Shown here: piece by piece, positions 41,818 through 51,082 of the stretch
How the letters are laid out: every line of letters starts with the position of its first letter
Numbering within the stretch: the first letter of the stretch is position 1
DNA from: Bacteriovoracaceae bacterium
GTDB taxonomy: Bacteria > Bdellovibrionota > Bacteriovoracia > Bacteriovoracales > Bacteriovoracaceae
DNA: 64,000 bases
Assembly: GCA_041586955.1 (NCBI GenBank)
Contig: JBFGZE010000007.1
Span: 1 to 64,000 of the forward strand
Direction of reading: 5' to 3'
Translations under genes and position numbers: made by a program
Notes under the pieces: generated by a model
Told to the model about the DNA's origin: nothing
What the model saw: only the letters and a program-made list of their open reading frames with translations
The model's database searches: none

Positions 41818-42223
41818 GAATATATTTTCCAATGAATTAATCATTCCCAAATCTTGGGAATTGGTGAAAGAAAATAAGGACGCACGGAGGTTTAAGCTAA
41901 AAAATATGCGCTTGATTGTCAGTAAAGCGCCTTCTAGGCCAGCAAACTTACAAAAAGATCTGATCAATGTTTTAAGAATACAAAAAGAAAAACAAATGAC
42001 CGAATTAAAGGGAAGGTTGCTAAATTTTAAGGTGCTTGAAAACAATGAATCACGGCTTTTGATTGAATCAAGATTGGAACTCCAAAATGAGATTCGCTTC
42101 GAATTATTTTCATTTATTTGGTGCAATCAAGACTCCTATCAAGTTTATTCTGTTTTGAAGAATAAAGGGGAGCTTTCATTTGCAAAAGAAAGTACGAAGA
42201 AAGTTCTTTGTCAAAATAAATAA
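41771..42223 (+). CDS. Small secreted hypothetical protein
   Basis: GGGAG RBS at 41761-41765; signal peptide MPRTKIMMAIILLFATNIFS; two C-terminal Cys. Confidence 0.6.
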   Translation: MPRTKIMMAIILLFATNIFSNELIIPKSWELVKENKDARRFKLKNMRLIVSKAPSRPANLQKDLINVLRIQKEKQMTELKGRLLNFKVLENNESRLLIESRLELQNEIRFELFSFIWCNQDSYQVYSVLKNKGELSFAKESTKKVLCQNK

Positions 42224-42501
42224 CCTCAAAAATACCCGTCACAACTGCCCCTGAACCTTTTCTTAATAATATTTTATAGGAACTAAAAATAGAATCAATT
42301 GACACGGCCTGAATTGTGAACGGAATTGATTTATTATATTAGTAAATCTAATGATAACTTATAGTTAGGTATATAGTTTTTAAAAAAAGGTATCAACAGA
42401 TGCCTGTCATTTTTGCTCTGTAAGGCATTTTCTTAGTGAAGCAGGTGATAATGATGTTTTTTGAGTGGGCCCCGAAGACTTTCTTCAGGGCCGTCGCTTT
42501 T

Positions 42502-43068
42502 TTATTTGCAGTTTTTTAAATTGGCGGTAATTTCAATATTGACATCAGACCAGGTTTTTCCTTCATGAAGGGCAAAACATGCTTTATTCAATGCCGCTAA
42601 TTCTCTATTCATACCAAAGTCTAGCACATCGATAGTCGCCTTAGCGCTTAAAACTCCTTTATTAACACTACGTTTGAAATCAATGACTTTACTTTTCTCA
42701 TTAAAGGACAGTTCGATACTAATTATATCTTTGGTCACTTTCGTGACTTTCCCTGTAATCGTCGTTCCGCTTTTCATCGTGCTAAAAAAGAATTTGGCAA
42801 TCTTTTTATCTCGAGCGGGGTTTTTAGTGCTGATTGATGTCGTTTCAATGCTGATTTCCTGGCCTAATAAGGTTGCATCGAGGTCTTTTTGGGCAGCACG
42901 GGCAATTAAATCTAGATTGGTAAAACTTCCACCAACTCCGACTTTCTTTTTGGTTTTAAAGGCGGTCCATTTGACATTAATATCATCGTTGCTTATTTGG
43001 CATTTTGCCTGAGCAGCGGTTCCTAAGATGACACCCAAGAAAAGGGGAAAGAGAATCCTTGTCTTCAT
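42502..43068 (-). CDS. YceI family periplasmic lipid/polyisoprenoid-binding protein
   Basis: Signal peptide; WTAFKT..KVGVGGSF; SISTKNPARD.KI..FF; HEGKTWSDV. Confidence 0.85.
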   Translation of the reverse strand: MKTRILFPLFLGVILGTAAQAKCQISNDDINVKWTAFKTKKKVGVGGSFTNLDLIARAAQKDLDATLLGQEISIETTSISTKNPARDKKIAKFFFSTMKSGTTITGKVTKVTKDIISIELSFNEKSKVIDFKRSVNKGVLSAKATIDVLDFGMNRELAALNKACFALHEGKTWSDVNIEITANLKNCK

Positions 43069-43127
43069 TTATTAAATCCTTTATTACTAATTAGCTTGAG
43101 AGCAATGGTAATTCAAGGGAGGTCAGC

Positions 43128-43379
43128 ATGCAAGAAGTGTGTGAATATCCGGCCGAACATTGGGTCGAATTAAAAGGTGATCCTTTTTATCGTGGCCGCA
43201 TTGTTATTTACCCGGTCTCGGAGCGGTTTCATTTGGATGTGGATATCGTCTATAAAGATTCCCCCAAGATTTTCTGTCATATTGGAACTTTTCTTGGCAA
43301 CGAGGATGAGCGTGAAAGTTTATGGCAAGGTATTCGAGAATTAGAAAACTTTATTTATGCGCGTCAAACTTTTGACTAG
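43128..43379 (+). CDS. Small hypothetical protein
   Basis: 83 aa with GGGAGG RBS. Confidence 0.7.
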   Translation: MQEVCEYPAEHWVELKGDPFYRGRIVIYPVSERFHLDVDIVYKDSPKIFCHIGTFLGNEDERESLWQGIRELENFIYARQTFD

Positions 43380-43469
43380 ATGACTGTGGGCGTTAGTCAT
43401 CTTATTGGCACCATTGATTTTAAAACCACGTGAACCATCCACTTCTGGTCCTTTTTGAGATCTCATTTT

Positions 43470-43485
43470 TGGCACGCTCTTTGCT
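43470..43485 (+). promoter_or_regulatory. Sigma-54 (-24/-12) promoter
   Basis: TGGCAC-GCTCT-TTGCT matches the TGGCAC-N5-TTGC(A/T) consensus. Confidence 0.8.
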
Positions 43486-43495
43486 ATATATTTAA

Positions 43496-43585
43496 GTGTG
43501 TGTGGGAGTTCTTGAAAAAAGGATTTTTTCTTAACTCCAAAAATGTCTCTCGTAAAAAGGCCCCGTTTTTAACGGGGCTTTTTTT
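43496..43585 (+). ncRNA. Candidate sigma-54-dependent small RNA (~90 nt)
   Basis: Promoter, internal hairpin GGAGTT..GAAAAAA-GGA-TTTTTTC..AACTCC, then terminator; no substantial ORF. Confidence 0.55.
43554..43585 (+). terminator. Rho-independent terminator (likely bidirectional)
   Basis: aaaaaggccccgtt-ttt-aacggggc-ttttttt. Confidence 0.9.
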
Positions 43586-43652
43586 CGTCTCGGGTTAACG
43601 TTATAGCGAGAATTAACTGTCTCATTAAAATGATTAAACCTTACACCTAGTG

Positions 43653-44357
43653 TTAAATCATTAAGGCCTTATGATGTGCCATAATAAGGTCAATCATTAG
43701 ATCCATTATTTTACCCCGATAAGCATCAAATTTTTGCGCAAGTTTCATCTCGGGAGTCGAGGTATTCTTGTAATCATGAACTTCAAGATAAACGGACCCA
43801 TCTCCCAATACCTCAACTCTAAAGTCGAGATTAAAAATTCGCGCCTTAAGAACTTTTTGATCGGGATTATAAGAAATAACAGAAGATAAAATGGCCTCCT
43901 TATCATCAGTAAGACTTTTTAAAGACTTTGTTAATAATTGCACACTGAGTTTTAGCCACTCTTCACCTGTAACTTCCTTTTCTTCTACCTTAACTTCGAC
44001 TCCAGTAGCGGAAGAGTTGATATAAGAAGTCATATGGTCGAAGGCCATCTGAGTTGAATTATGAATCAGATTAATAATTAATTCCTCAGGGCCTTTTTCT
44101 CCCTTCCCAATAATCCCATGTTTTAATGGATAAAGATCACCGTTTAGTAATTGTATAAACCCTAATTGCGAGTCAGTTGTTCCGATGGCAATTTGTTTAT
44201 TTAATGGACTATTAAGGATGGGGCCAAAGTTTATTTGAGCGATAAAAGCGTAGCGAGAATTGGTTTGAGTATAATGATGAATTTCATCAATCATTTGGTG
44301 GTTATTTATTTTATTAAACGCATTATGTAGTAATTTTTTGAACATTTTTAATCTCAT
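43653..44357 (-). CDS. Hypothetical protein
   Basis: 234-aa ORF, no recognised motif. Confidence 0.65.
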   Translation of the reverse strand: MRLKMFKKLLHNAFNKINNHQMIDEIHHYTQTNSRYAFIAQINFGPILNSPLNKQIAIGTTDSQLGFIQLLNGDLYPLKHGIIGKGEKGPEELIINLIHNSTQMAFDHMTSYINSSATGVEVKVEEKEVTGEEWLKLSVQLLTKSLKSLTDDKEAILSSVISYNPDQKVLKARIFNLDFRVEVLGDGSVYLEVHDYKNTSTPEMKLAQKFDAYRGKIMDLMIDLIMAHHKALMI

Positions 44358-44557
44358 ATCAAGAAGTCGATTTCACCATACTTTTTGGCATAATGCTGGC
44401 CATTGATCAAGGCTTCGATGACTTAACAGAAAAGAAAAGCTTGCGGACCTCGCTATGATGGAGACGAGATTAATGCGGGGTTATGCGAACAGAAATGTTG
44501 GCCAGAAAATGGTACAAAATTTCATTTAAAAAGGAGAATATGTTTACCACTTTTCTT

Positions 44558-45463
44558 TTAACGCGTTTCTTTCAAAAGAAATGGGTAAATCAGACCCGCT
44601 AATAAACGCGCCCCCTTGTTAGAAAGATTGTCGTAGAGAGGGTTGTATTCATAAAGGCCCAGATAGGAAGGTCGATTTTGGGAGATATTCCAATAATGGT
44701 TAAATAGAGCGAATGCCTTTTCTTTACTTATGCCTAGATGATTAACTGCACTGACTGCTTCCATAACACTACTATCAAGGCCATCACAATCTAAGGACAG
44801 AACGATTTGATCATGATCGTTTATTTGCGGAAAGAGGTCAACGACATCCATAGACTCTGTTTTTTGCCAATTGAAGATACGCATGGGGGTAGAGAGCTCG
44901 GTAAAAGTACTATCGGTATTGGCGTAGGGATGAATTCCCAATTGGGTCAGTTCCATCATACCGGGATGCTCACGGTCAAATTGACGGAAGGGAGTACCAG
45001 AGTGGGGAAGTGGGTCTGTGCGGGTGTCCAAATGGGCATCAATATTCACAACCTTTATCCGGCGTTCGTTTTTGGCAAGGGCCTTAAGTAGTGGGTAAAT
45101 ATGATCATGGCCACCACCTAAATGAATAAATACCGAGGGGCCTTGCTCGAGCAGAGATTCAATATCCCTTTGCTCTTTTGCTTGCTTAGAGGAGAAGCTT
45201 TCCATTGCAGGAGATGAGTGAAGAGTGTGGGCATAGAGGGGCGGCATCACTGATCGTTTCGATAGGTTTTTAATTTGATTAAAAATCGCCTGAGGCCCAA
45301 ATTCGCTTCCGCGGCGACCGCCATTGAGCCTAACGCCCTCATCGTCGTTCGCGAGGAAAACCATATGGCCATTTTGCTGAGGGGTTTTTGTTAGCAGCGA
45401 TGAGACTTTGTCGGCGCGACGGCCTTTCAGTTGAGCGCTATAGTCAGGTGTTTGGCTTGCCAT
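44558..45463 (-). CDS. hutG: Arginase/ureohydrolase family, formimidoylglutamase-like
   Basis: DEGVRLNGGR.G...GP, LGGGHDH, NIDAHLD, HSGTPFRQ, SLDCD, EYNP..D. Confidence 0.8.
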   Translation of the reverse strand: MASQTPDYSAQLKGRRADKVSSLLTKTPQQNGHMVFLANDDEGVRLNGGRRGSEFGPQAIFNQIKNLSKRSVMPPLYAHTLHSSPAMESFSSKQAKEQRDIESLLEQGPSVFIHLGGGHDHIYPLLKALAKNERRIKVVNIDAHLDTRTDPLPHSGTPFRQFDREHPGMMELTQLGIHPYANTDSTFTELSTPMRIFNWQKTESMDVVDLFPQINDHDQIVLSLDCDGLDSSVMEAVSAVNHLGISKEKAFALFNHYWNISQNRPSYLGLYEYNPLYDNLSNKGARLLAGLIYPFLLKETR

Positions 45464-45579
45464 ATTTTCTTCCAGAAAAATAATGCAACGTATCTTTTAA
45501 CGAGCATTTTGGTTACAATATTTGGGTATAACCCTAAAAGGCCAGACCGGATTTGTAAATCCCTGGCGCAGAGAGATTT

Positions 45580-46782
45580 ATGGAAAGTCCTGTAAATAAA
45601 AATGACCTGAGTGATGGGCCACCACCGATTCCAAGTATTTGTTTGCAAGAAGACATGGCACCACCGCCACTCCCGTTTTCTTTAGAAGAGGAAATTCAAC
45701 CTGAAATAATGTCTCAAGAACGAGTCGCCACAGCGACTCCTATTGACTCAATTGAGGAAGCTTATGTTAAAGGACCGGAGGAAGGTGAGAAAGATGAAGC
45801 TCCTTGGTTCCGTAAAGGTCCCTTTCAATGGTCATGTATTTTATCTTTCTTTGTGGTGCAATTTGTTTTAGGAGGCTATTTCTTCGGGCAAAGTGACAAA
45901 TTTCATAATACCCATCGCGTTCACGCCAAGGCGCTTAAACGAGTGATGGGCCATAAGGGTTCTCCCAAGTATCGTTTGGTTCCTGATCGCAAGGGCCAGG
46001 GGATTTGGCTCGCTTCTAATCAGAAAGGTCCACAATGGATTTTGGTAGAATTTGTTGGAACTCCTGGGGATATTATGTCGACCCGGGAAGTGCGAGTGCG
46101 TGCCTCTGGCGCCATGAAAGAGGGTCGTCTTTACCTTAATAAGTTTGATGTCCTTGCTGGAAACACTTTCGCTCCGGGGGTTTATAAAGTTAAGCTAAAG
46201 GCCTACCCCTCGGTAGGTGTTCTGAATAAAAATATTGATTGGCAAAAACCCAATATTTTAACAACCACCTTTTATTATTACCCTGGTTCGAAAAGGGCAC
46301 TTAAAAAACGTTTAAAAAAGTTTAAAAACAGGGTCGCGATGGAAATGGTTAATCCTTTACGCGATCGTCTTCAAGGTTATAGAACCTATAACGCCCTTTT
46401 ATTAAAGGTCGAGGGAATGCTAGGACGTTATTTTTCCGGTCGCAGTCCTAATGTTCGAGGATTTGAAAATGCTTATAATACTGAGGTGGGACCGATTCTG
46501 CAGCGCTTGATTTTAGATAATAACCGCCAGCATATTTCACTGATGAATTCCAGGCCTGCCGAATCATTGGCCTTTGATAAGTTATTAAGGCATGGTAAGG
46601 ATATTGGAATGGTTGCTTCAGAGATGGCGAGACTTTTTAAAACTAAACCCCATCGAAGCCACCAACTATCTTCTCAATTTAAAAAGCGCTTACGCCAATT
46701 ACAGCAATCTAATATGCTGGAGCTCAAGCAATTGCAGGCCGAACTCGATTATTTTGGTCCTCTAAAGGGGGAAGGCCTTTAA
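45580..46782 (+). CDS. Single-pass membrane hypothetical protein
   Basis: Pro/Glu-rich N-terminus, one TM helix, basic C-terminal domain. Confidence 0.7.
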   Translation: MESPVNKNDLSDGPPPIPSICLQEDMAPPPLPFSLEEEIQPEIMSQERVATATPIDSIEEAYVKGPEEGEKDEAPWFRKGPFQWSCILSFFVVQFVLGGYFFGQSDKFHNTHRVHAKALKRVMGHKGSPKYRLVPDRKGQGIWLASNQKGPQWILVEFVGTPGDIMSTREVRVRASGAMKEGRLYLNKFDVLAGNTFAPGVYKVKLKAYPSVGVLNKNIDWQKPNILTTTFYYYPGSKRALKKRLKKFKNRVAMEMVNPLRDRLQGYRTYNALLLKVEGMLGRYFSGRSPNVRGFENAYNTEVGPILQRLILDNNRQHISLMNSRPAESLAFDKLLRHGKDIGMVASEMARLFKTKPHRSHQLSSQFKKRLRQLQQSNMLELKQLQAELDYFGPLKGEGL

Positions 46783-47652
46783 GCTCCGTGGTGCAGGGCG
46801 AGCAAAGCGCTCGCCAAAGCTATATTGCTTTTTATCGTTGATAATCACGGTCGCCGCATAATAGAGAGGATCATGTTCAAAAATGATCTTCAGGCCTTTA
46901 TCGATAATAAAATCTAAAAATTCTTTTTTATTTCTGGTGGTTTCGCCTGGGGCAATATCGTAACCCATGACCCAGGGAATAGAGATATGATTAGAAGTCG
47001 GAATAAGATCGGCCAAGTAAATATATTCATTATCGTAGGGATGCATCAGAAATGGGGTATGGCCATGAGAGCATTTAAAACGCAAGCTTTGCTCCTCATT
47101 TAAGTTCATTAATTCACCCTCCTCACCTTGGTGCATCCTTAATAGACCTTGGTTCCGGTAGAAGGCAATGATAGGTTCAAAATTGCTCTTGTGGAAAGAT
47201 CCTGAGTCGCGGTCTGTCGGGTTAAGGGCATATTGATAATGATCTTGGTGGAGGTGGCACCTGGCCTTTGGTAAAACTGGAACCATTTCTCCAGAGACCA
47301 TTTTGCCGATGCCGCCCACATGGTCAAAATGCAAATGACTGATCACCAAGTCGGTTACCTCATCGCTCTTATGGCCTGCCTCTTCTAACGCCTTTTCAAG
47401 AGGTGAGTCGCCACCTTCAACAGCAAAACGTTGGTCAAATTTATCGCCATGATAATCGCCAATTCCTGTGTCGACTAAAATAAGACGGTCTTTGGTTTGT
47501 AATAAATAGAGCCTAAGTGATAAATCAATTCTGTTGAGCTCATCGGCCGGAGCGACCTTATTCCACAAGGGTTTGGGGATAATGCCGAACATTGCTCCAC
47601 CGTCAAGCCTGAAAAATCCGGGTTCCAAAATATATTTTTTAATGTCTTGCAT
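46762..47652 (-). CDS. Metallo-beta-lactamase-fold hydrolase (YtnP-like)
   Basis: FRLDGGAMFGIIPKPLW, VDTG, SHLHFDHVGG, GHT, ADLIP, FEHD. Confidence 0.92.
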   Translation of the reverse strand: MQDIKKYILEPGFFRLDGGAMFGIIPKPLWNKVAPADELNRIDLSLRLYLLQTKDRLILVDTGIGDYHGDKFDQRFAVEGGDSPLEKALEEAGHKSDEVTDLVISHLHFDHVGGIGKMVSGEMVPVLPKARCHLHQDHYQYALNPTDRDSGSFHKSNFEPIIAFYRNQGLLRMHQGEEGELMNLNEEQSLRFKCSHGHTPFLMHPYDNEYIYLADLIPTSNHISIPWVMGYDIAPGETTRNKKEFLDFIIDKGLKIIFEHDPLYYAATVIINDKKQYSFGERFARPAPRSLKAFPL

Positions 47653-47806
47653 TACCTTATCCCCTGCTAACAATGCGGTTTTCGGTGATTATCCTCCAGA
47701 TGAGCAAAAAAAATCAAGTACTTTTGGGGCGATGCTCCTAGTAGGATAGTCGGACTATGATTATTATGGGGTTCAATTCAGATAACGTGGATTTTTAGGA
47801 GCTTGT

Positions 47807-48982
47807 ATGAATGTACATGAGTACCAGGCCAAAGACTTGATGAAAAATTTTGGGATATCAGTCTTAGGTGGCCAGGTCGCAAAGAGTGTTGATGAGGCAG
47901 TTGCTGCTGCCGAAAAATTAGGTGGTAATATTTGGGTTGTAAAAGCTCAGATCCATGCCGGTGGTCGTGGTAAAGCTGGTGGTGTTAAGTTAGCGAAGTC
48001 CCTTGATGAAGTGCGCGCACACGCCACTGAAATTCTTGGTAAGACGTTAGTGACCCATCAAACTGGACCTGAAGGAAAAGTTGTCCATACTTTGTTCATC
48101 GAGCAAGGTTGTGACATTGATCATGAGTACTATGTTGGACTCGTCTTAGATCGTAACAAGGGAAAAATAACTTTCATGGCAAGTTCTGAGGGTGGCGTTG
48201 AGATCGAAAAGGTTGCAGCGGAAACTCCAGAAAAAATTGTTAAAGTTTCTGTAGACCCTGCGACAGGCTTTACTCCCTTTATTGGAAGAAAATTGGCCTA
48301 TGGTATTGGCCTTAAAGATAAAGAAATGGTGAAGAAGGCGACAAAGTTTTTCGCCGGTCTTTATAAACTCTATATTGAAACAGATTGCACCATTGCTGAA
48401 ATCAATCCTTTAGTGACGACGAAAAATGGCGATGTCATTGCTCTCGACGCTAAATTGAATTTTGATGATAATGCGCTTTTCCGTCATAAAGACATCGAAG
48501 AGTTAAGAGACCCAACAGAAGAATCTGAAAAAGAACTAGAAGCTTCTGCTCATGGCCTCTCCTATATTTCCCTCGATGGTAATATTGGTTGCCTTGTTAA
48601 TGGCGCTGGCCTTGCTATGGGGACGATGGATATTATTCAATTAGAAGGTGGAGAGCCGGCCAACTTCCTCGATGTAGGGGGCGGGGCGACTAAAGAAACC
48701 GTTGAGAAGGCGTTTAGCATTATTCTCTCTGATGAGAAGGTGAAGGCGATTCTTGTTAATATTTTCGGTGGCATTATGAAATGTGACATTATCGCTGAAG
48801 GTGTAGTCGCAGCTGCTAAGAGTCTGGGAGTGACTGTTCCTCTTGTTGTCCGTTTAGAAGGAACTAATGTCGCCGTTGGGAAGAAAATTCTTAACGACTC
48901 AGATTTACAAATTATTGCAGCTGATGATCTTGCGGATGCCGCTAAGAAAGTTGTTGCTGCTGCGAATGGAGGAAATGCATAA
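47807..48982 (+). CDS. sucC: Succinyl-CoA synthetase beta subunit
   Basis: [43 protein letters not shown]. Confidence 0.98.
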   Translation: MNVHEYQAKDLMKNFGISVLGGQVAKSVDEAVAAAEKLGGNIWVVKAQIHAGGRGKAGGVKLAKSLDEVRAHATEILGKTLVTHQTGPEGKVVHTLFIEQGCDIDHEYYVGLVLDRNKGKITFMASSEGGVEIEKVAAETPEKIVKVSVDPATGFTPFIGRKLAYGIGLKDKEMVKKATKFFAGLYKLYIETDCTIAEINPLVTTKNGDVIALDAKLNFDDNALFRHKDIEELRDPTEESEKELEASAHGLSYISLDGNIGCLVNGAGLAMGTMDIIQLEGGEPANFLDVGGGATKETVEKAFSIILSDEKVKAILVNIFGGIMKCDIIAEGVVAAAKSLGVTVPLVVRLEGTNVAVGKKILNDSDLQIIAADDLADAAKKVVAAANGGNA

Positions 48983-49860
48983 TGGCCATTCTAGTAGGAA
49001 GAGATACAAAATTAATAACCGTTGGTTTTACCGGGAAGCAGGGGACATTTCATTCACTGCAATCTCGAGATTATGGAACCAACCTCGTTGGGGGTGTGAC
49101 TCCTGGTAAAGGTGGAACAATCCACGAAGGCTTTCCTGTTTTTAATACTGTTAGTGAAGCAGTGGAGAAGACAGAGGCCAATGCTGCTATGATTATGGTT
49201 CCGCCACCATTTGCTGCGGACTCAATTCTTGAATGTATTGATGCCGAGATTCCTCTGGTGATTGCTATCACTGAGGGGATTCCCATTATTGATATGACTA
49301 AAGTTAAAGCTGCTTTAAAAGATTCTAAAACGCGTCTTATTGGTCCTAATTGCCCTGGAATTATTACTCCGGGCGAATGTAAAATTGGGATTATGCCTGG
49401 CCATATTCATATGCCTGGTAAAGTAGGTGTTATTTCTCGTTCGGGAACCTTGACTTATGAAGCGGTTTACCAATTAACTCAAAGAGAAATTGGTCAATCA
49501 ACGTGTATTGGTATCGGTGGCGACCCGGTTAATGGCACAAACTTCATCGATATGCTTGAATTATTCGAGGAAGATCCTGATACAGAGGCCGTCATTATGA
49601 TTGGTGAAATCGGTGGTTCTGCTGAAACTGATGCTGGCCGTTGGATTCAAAAGAATATGACTAAGCCTGTCGTCAGCTTTATTGCTGGTGCTTCAGCGCC
49701 TCCCGGTAAAAGAATGGGACATGCTGGTGCCATCATCTCCGGCGGTGACGATACGGCAGAAGCTAAGTTTAAGATTCTTGAAGAATGTGGCGTTGCTATC
49801 GCTCGTTCTCCAGCTGAGCTTGGACAAACCATGGAAAATATCTTAAAAAATAAAAAATAA
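48982..49860 (+). CDS. sucD: Succinyl-CoA synthetase alpha subunit
   Basis: [23 protein letters not shown] (phospho-His). Confidence 0.98.
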   Translation: MAILVGRDTKLITVGFTGKQGTFHSLQSRDYGTNLVGGVTPGKGGTIHEGFPVFNTVSEAVEKTEANAAMIMVPPPFAADSILECIDAEIPLVIAITEGIPIIDMTKVKAALKDSKTRLIGPNCPGIITPGECKIGIMPGHIHMPGKVGVISRSGTLTYEAVYQLTQREIGQSTCIGIGGDPVNGTNFIDMLELFEEDPDTEAVIMIGEIGGSAETDAGRWIQKNMTKPVVSFIAGASAPPGKRMGHAGAIISGGDDTAEAKFKILEECGVAIARSPAELGQTMENILKNKK

Positions 49861-49883
49861 TTGCTAACGTAAGAGGAGCAACA

Positions 49884-50312
49884 ATGTCGACTGAAAGAAC
49901 ATTAAGTATTATTAAACCTAATTCAACTCTTGATAATAATATTGGTAATATTATTGCGCGCTTTGAAAAAGAAGGCCTACGTATTGCCGCTTGTAAGTTA
50001 ACTCAACTTTCAAAAGAAAAAGCTGAAGGCTTTTATATTGAGCATAAAGAGAGACCATTTTTTGGTGAACTCGTTAACTTCATGACTTCTGCACCAGTGA
50101 TGATCATGGTTTTAGAAGGTGAAGGTGCCGTTGATCGCAATAGAGAAATTATGGGTGCGACTAATCCTGCTGACGCTGCTGAAGGTACAATCCGTAAGCT
50201 TTATGCAAAATCAGTTGGAGAGAATTCAGTTCATGGTTCTGATTCTCAAGCTTCTGCTGAAAGAGAAATTAATTATTTCTTCGATAGCAATGAAGTTCAC
50301 GGCCGTTTCTAA
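49884..50312 (+). CDS. ndk: Nucleoside diphosphate kinase
   Basis: [29 protein letters not shown]. Confidence 0.98.
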   Translation: MSTERTLSIIKPNSTLDNNIGNIIARFEKEGLRIAACKLTQLSKEKAEGFYIEHKERPFFGELVNFMTSAPVMIMVLEGEGAVDRNREIMGATNPADAAEGTIRKLYAKSVGENSVHGSDSQASAEREINYFFDSNEVHGRF

Positions 50313-50338
50313 GTTGTCGTAACGAAAATTCAAAGAAT

Positions 50339-50368
50339 GAATGGCCAGCTTTTGTTGGCCATTCTTTT
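50339..50368 (+). terminator. Rho-independent terminator after ndk
   Basis: gaatggccagc-tttt-gttggccattc-tttt. Confidence 0.8.
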
Positions 50369-50560
50369 AACCAATTGCACCTTTAGGTGCTAATGCAAAG
50401 CTCCGCTCTTCTAAGTCTTTGAATTAGCGTGTACAAAGGCCCTTACACAATATAAAGTAGTCCTGGTAGGTTTGCCTATCATTTTTACAATGTATATGGC
50501 GCGTCATTGATATATCCGTTATCTTAAGAAAGGTAACTTGTTAAGACTTGGAGGCTTTCC

Positions 50561-51034
50561 ATGTTTAAAATTGGGGAATATGCAGTATGTCCTGGACACG
50601 GTGTCGGTCAGATTTGCGATATCGAAGAGCGGGATCTTGGTGGTGAAACTAAGAATTATTATATTATTAAAATTATTGCGAATGGCATGACCGTTATGGT
50701 TCCAACAGATAGTCAAACAGGGATTCGCGGTCTCGTAGATGATAAAGAGGTAGAAGAAGTCTATGGACTTCTCTCTGATCATGATATTCAGGTCGATAAC
50801 TCGACTTGGAATAGACGTTATCGTGAGTATATGATTAAAATTAAAACTGGATCTTTAACCGAGATTGCAGAAGTTTTAAGAGATCTATTTTTATTAAAAA
50901 GTCGCAAAAATCTTAGCTTCGGCGAAAAAAAGATGCTTGAGCAGTGTCGTGAATTAATTGCTCAAGAAATTTCTATTTCTGGAGGGGATGAGACCACTTC
51001 CATCAAAACAAAAATCGATTCCTGTTTTCAATAA
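50561..51034 (+). CDS. carD: CarD/CdnL family transcription factor
   Basis: FKIGEYAVCPGHGVG, WNRRYRE, LSFGEKKML. Confidence 0.93.
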   Translation: MFKIGEYAVCPGHGVGQICDIEERDLGGETKNYYIIKIIANGMTVMVPTDSQTGIRGLVDDKEVEEVYGLLSDHDIQVDNSTWNRRYREYMIKIKTGSLTEIAEVLRDLFLLKSRKNLSFGEKKMLEQCRELIAQEISISGGDETTSIKTKIDSCFQ

Positions 51035-51082
51035 TATTTGCTAAAGCTTTTCTCTCTCGCTTATGATTGGAGAGAGAGGCCT

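Noticed and set aside
41818..42126. N-terminal ~100 aa of the 720-aa minus-strand ORF
   Set aside because: Antisense shadow of the + strand secreted gene; the signal peptide indicates a later start
43543..43572. Mini-ORF MSLVKRPRF inside the sRNA candidate
   Set aside because: Nine codons, runs into the terminator stem, and has no properly spaced SD
44386..44403. GG-N10-GC sigma-54-like spacing on both strands
   Set aside because: Deviates from TGGCAC/TTGC at several positions; too weak to call
50375..50445. Hairpin plus GCAAAGC...CTAA upstream of carD as a c-di-GMP-I riboswitch
   Set aside because: Lacks the GGCAAAC...GAAA tetraloop...GACGCAAA core and P1 pairing
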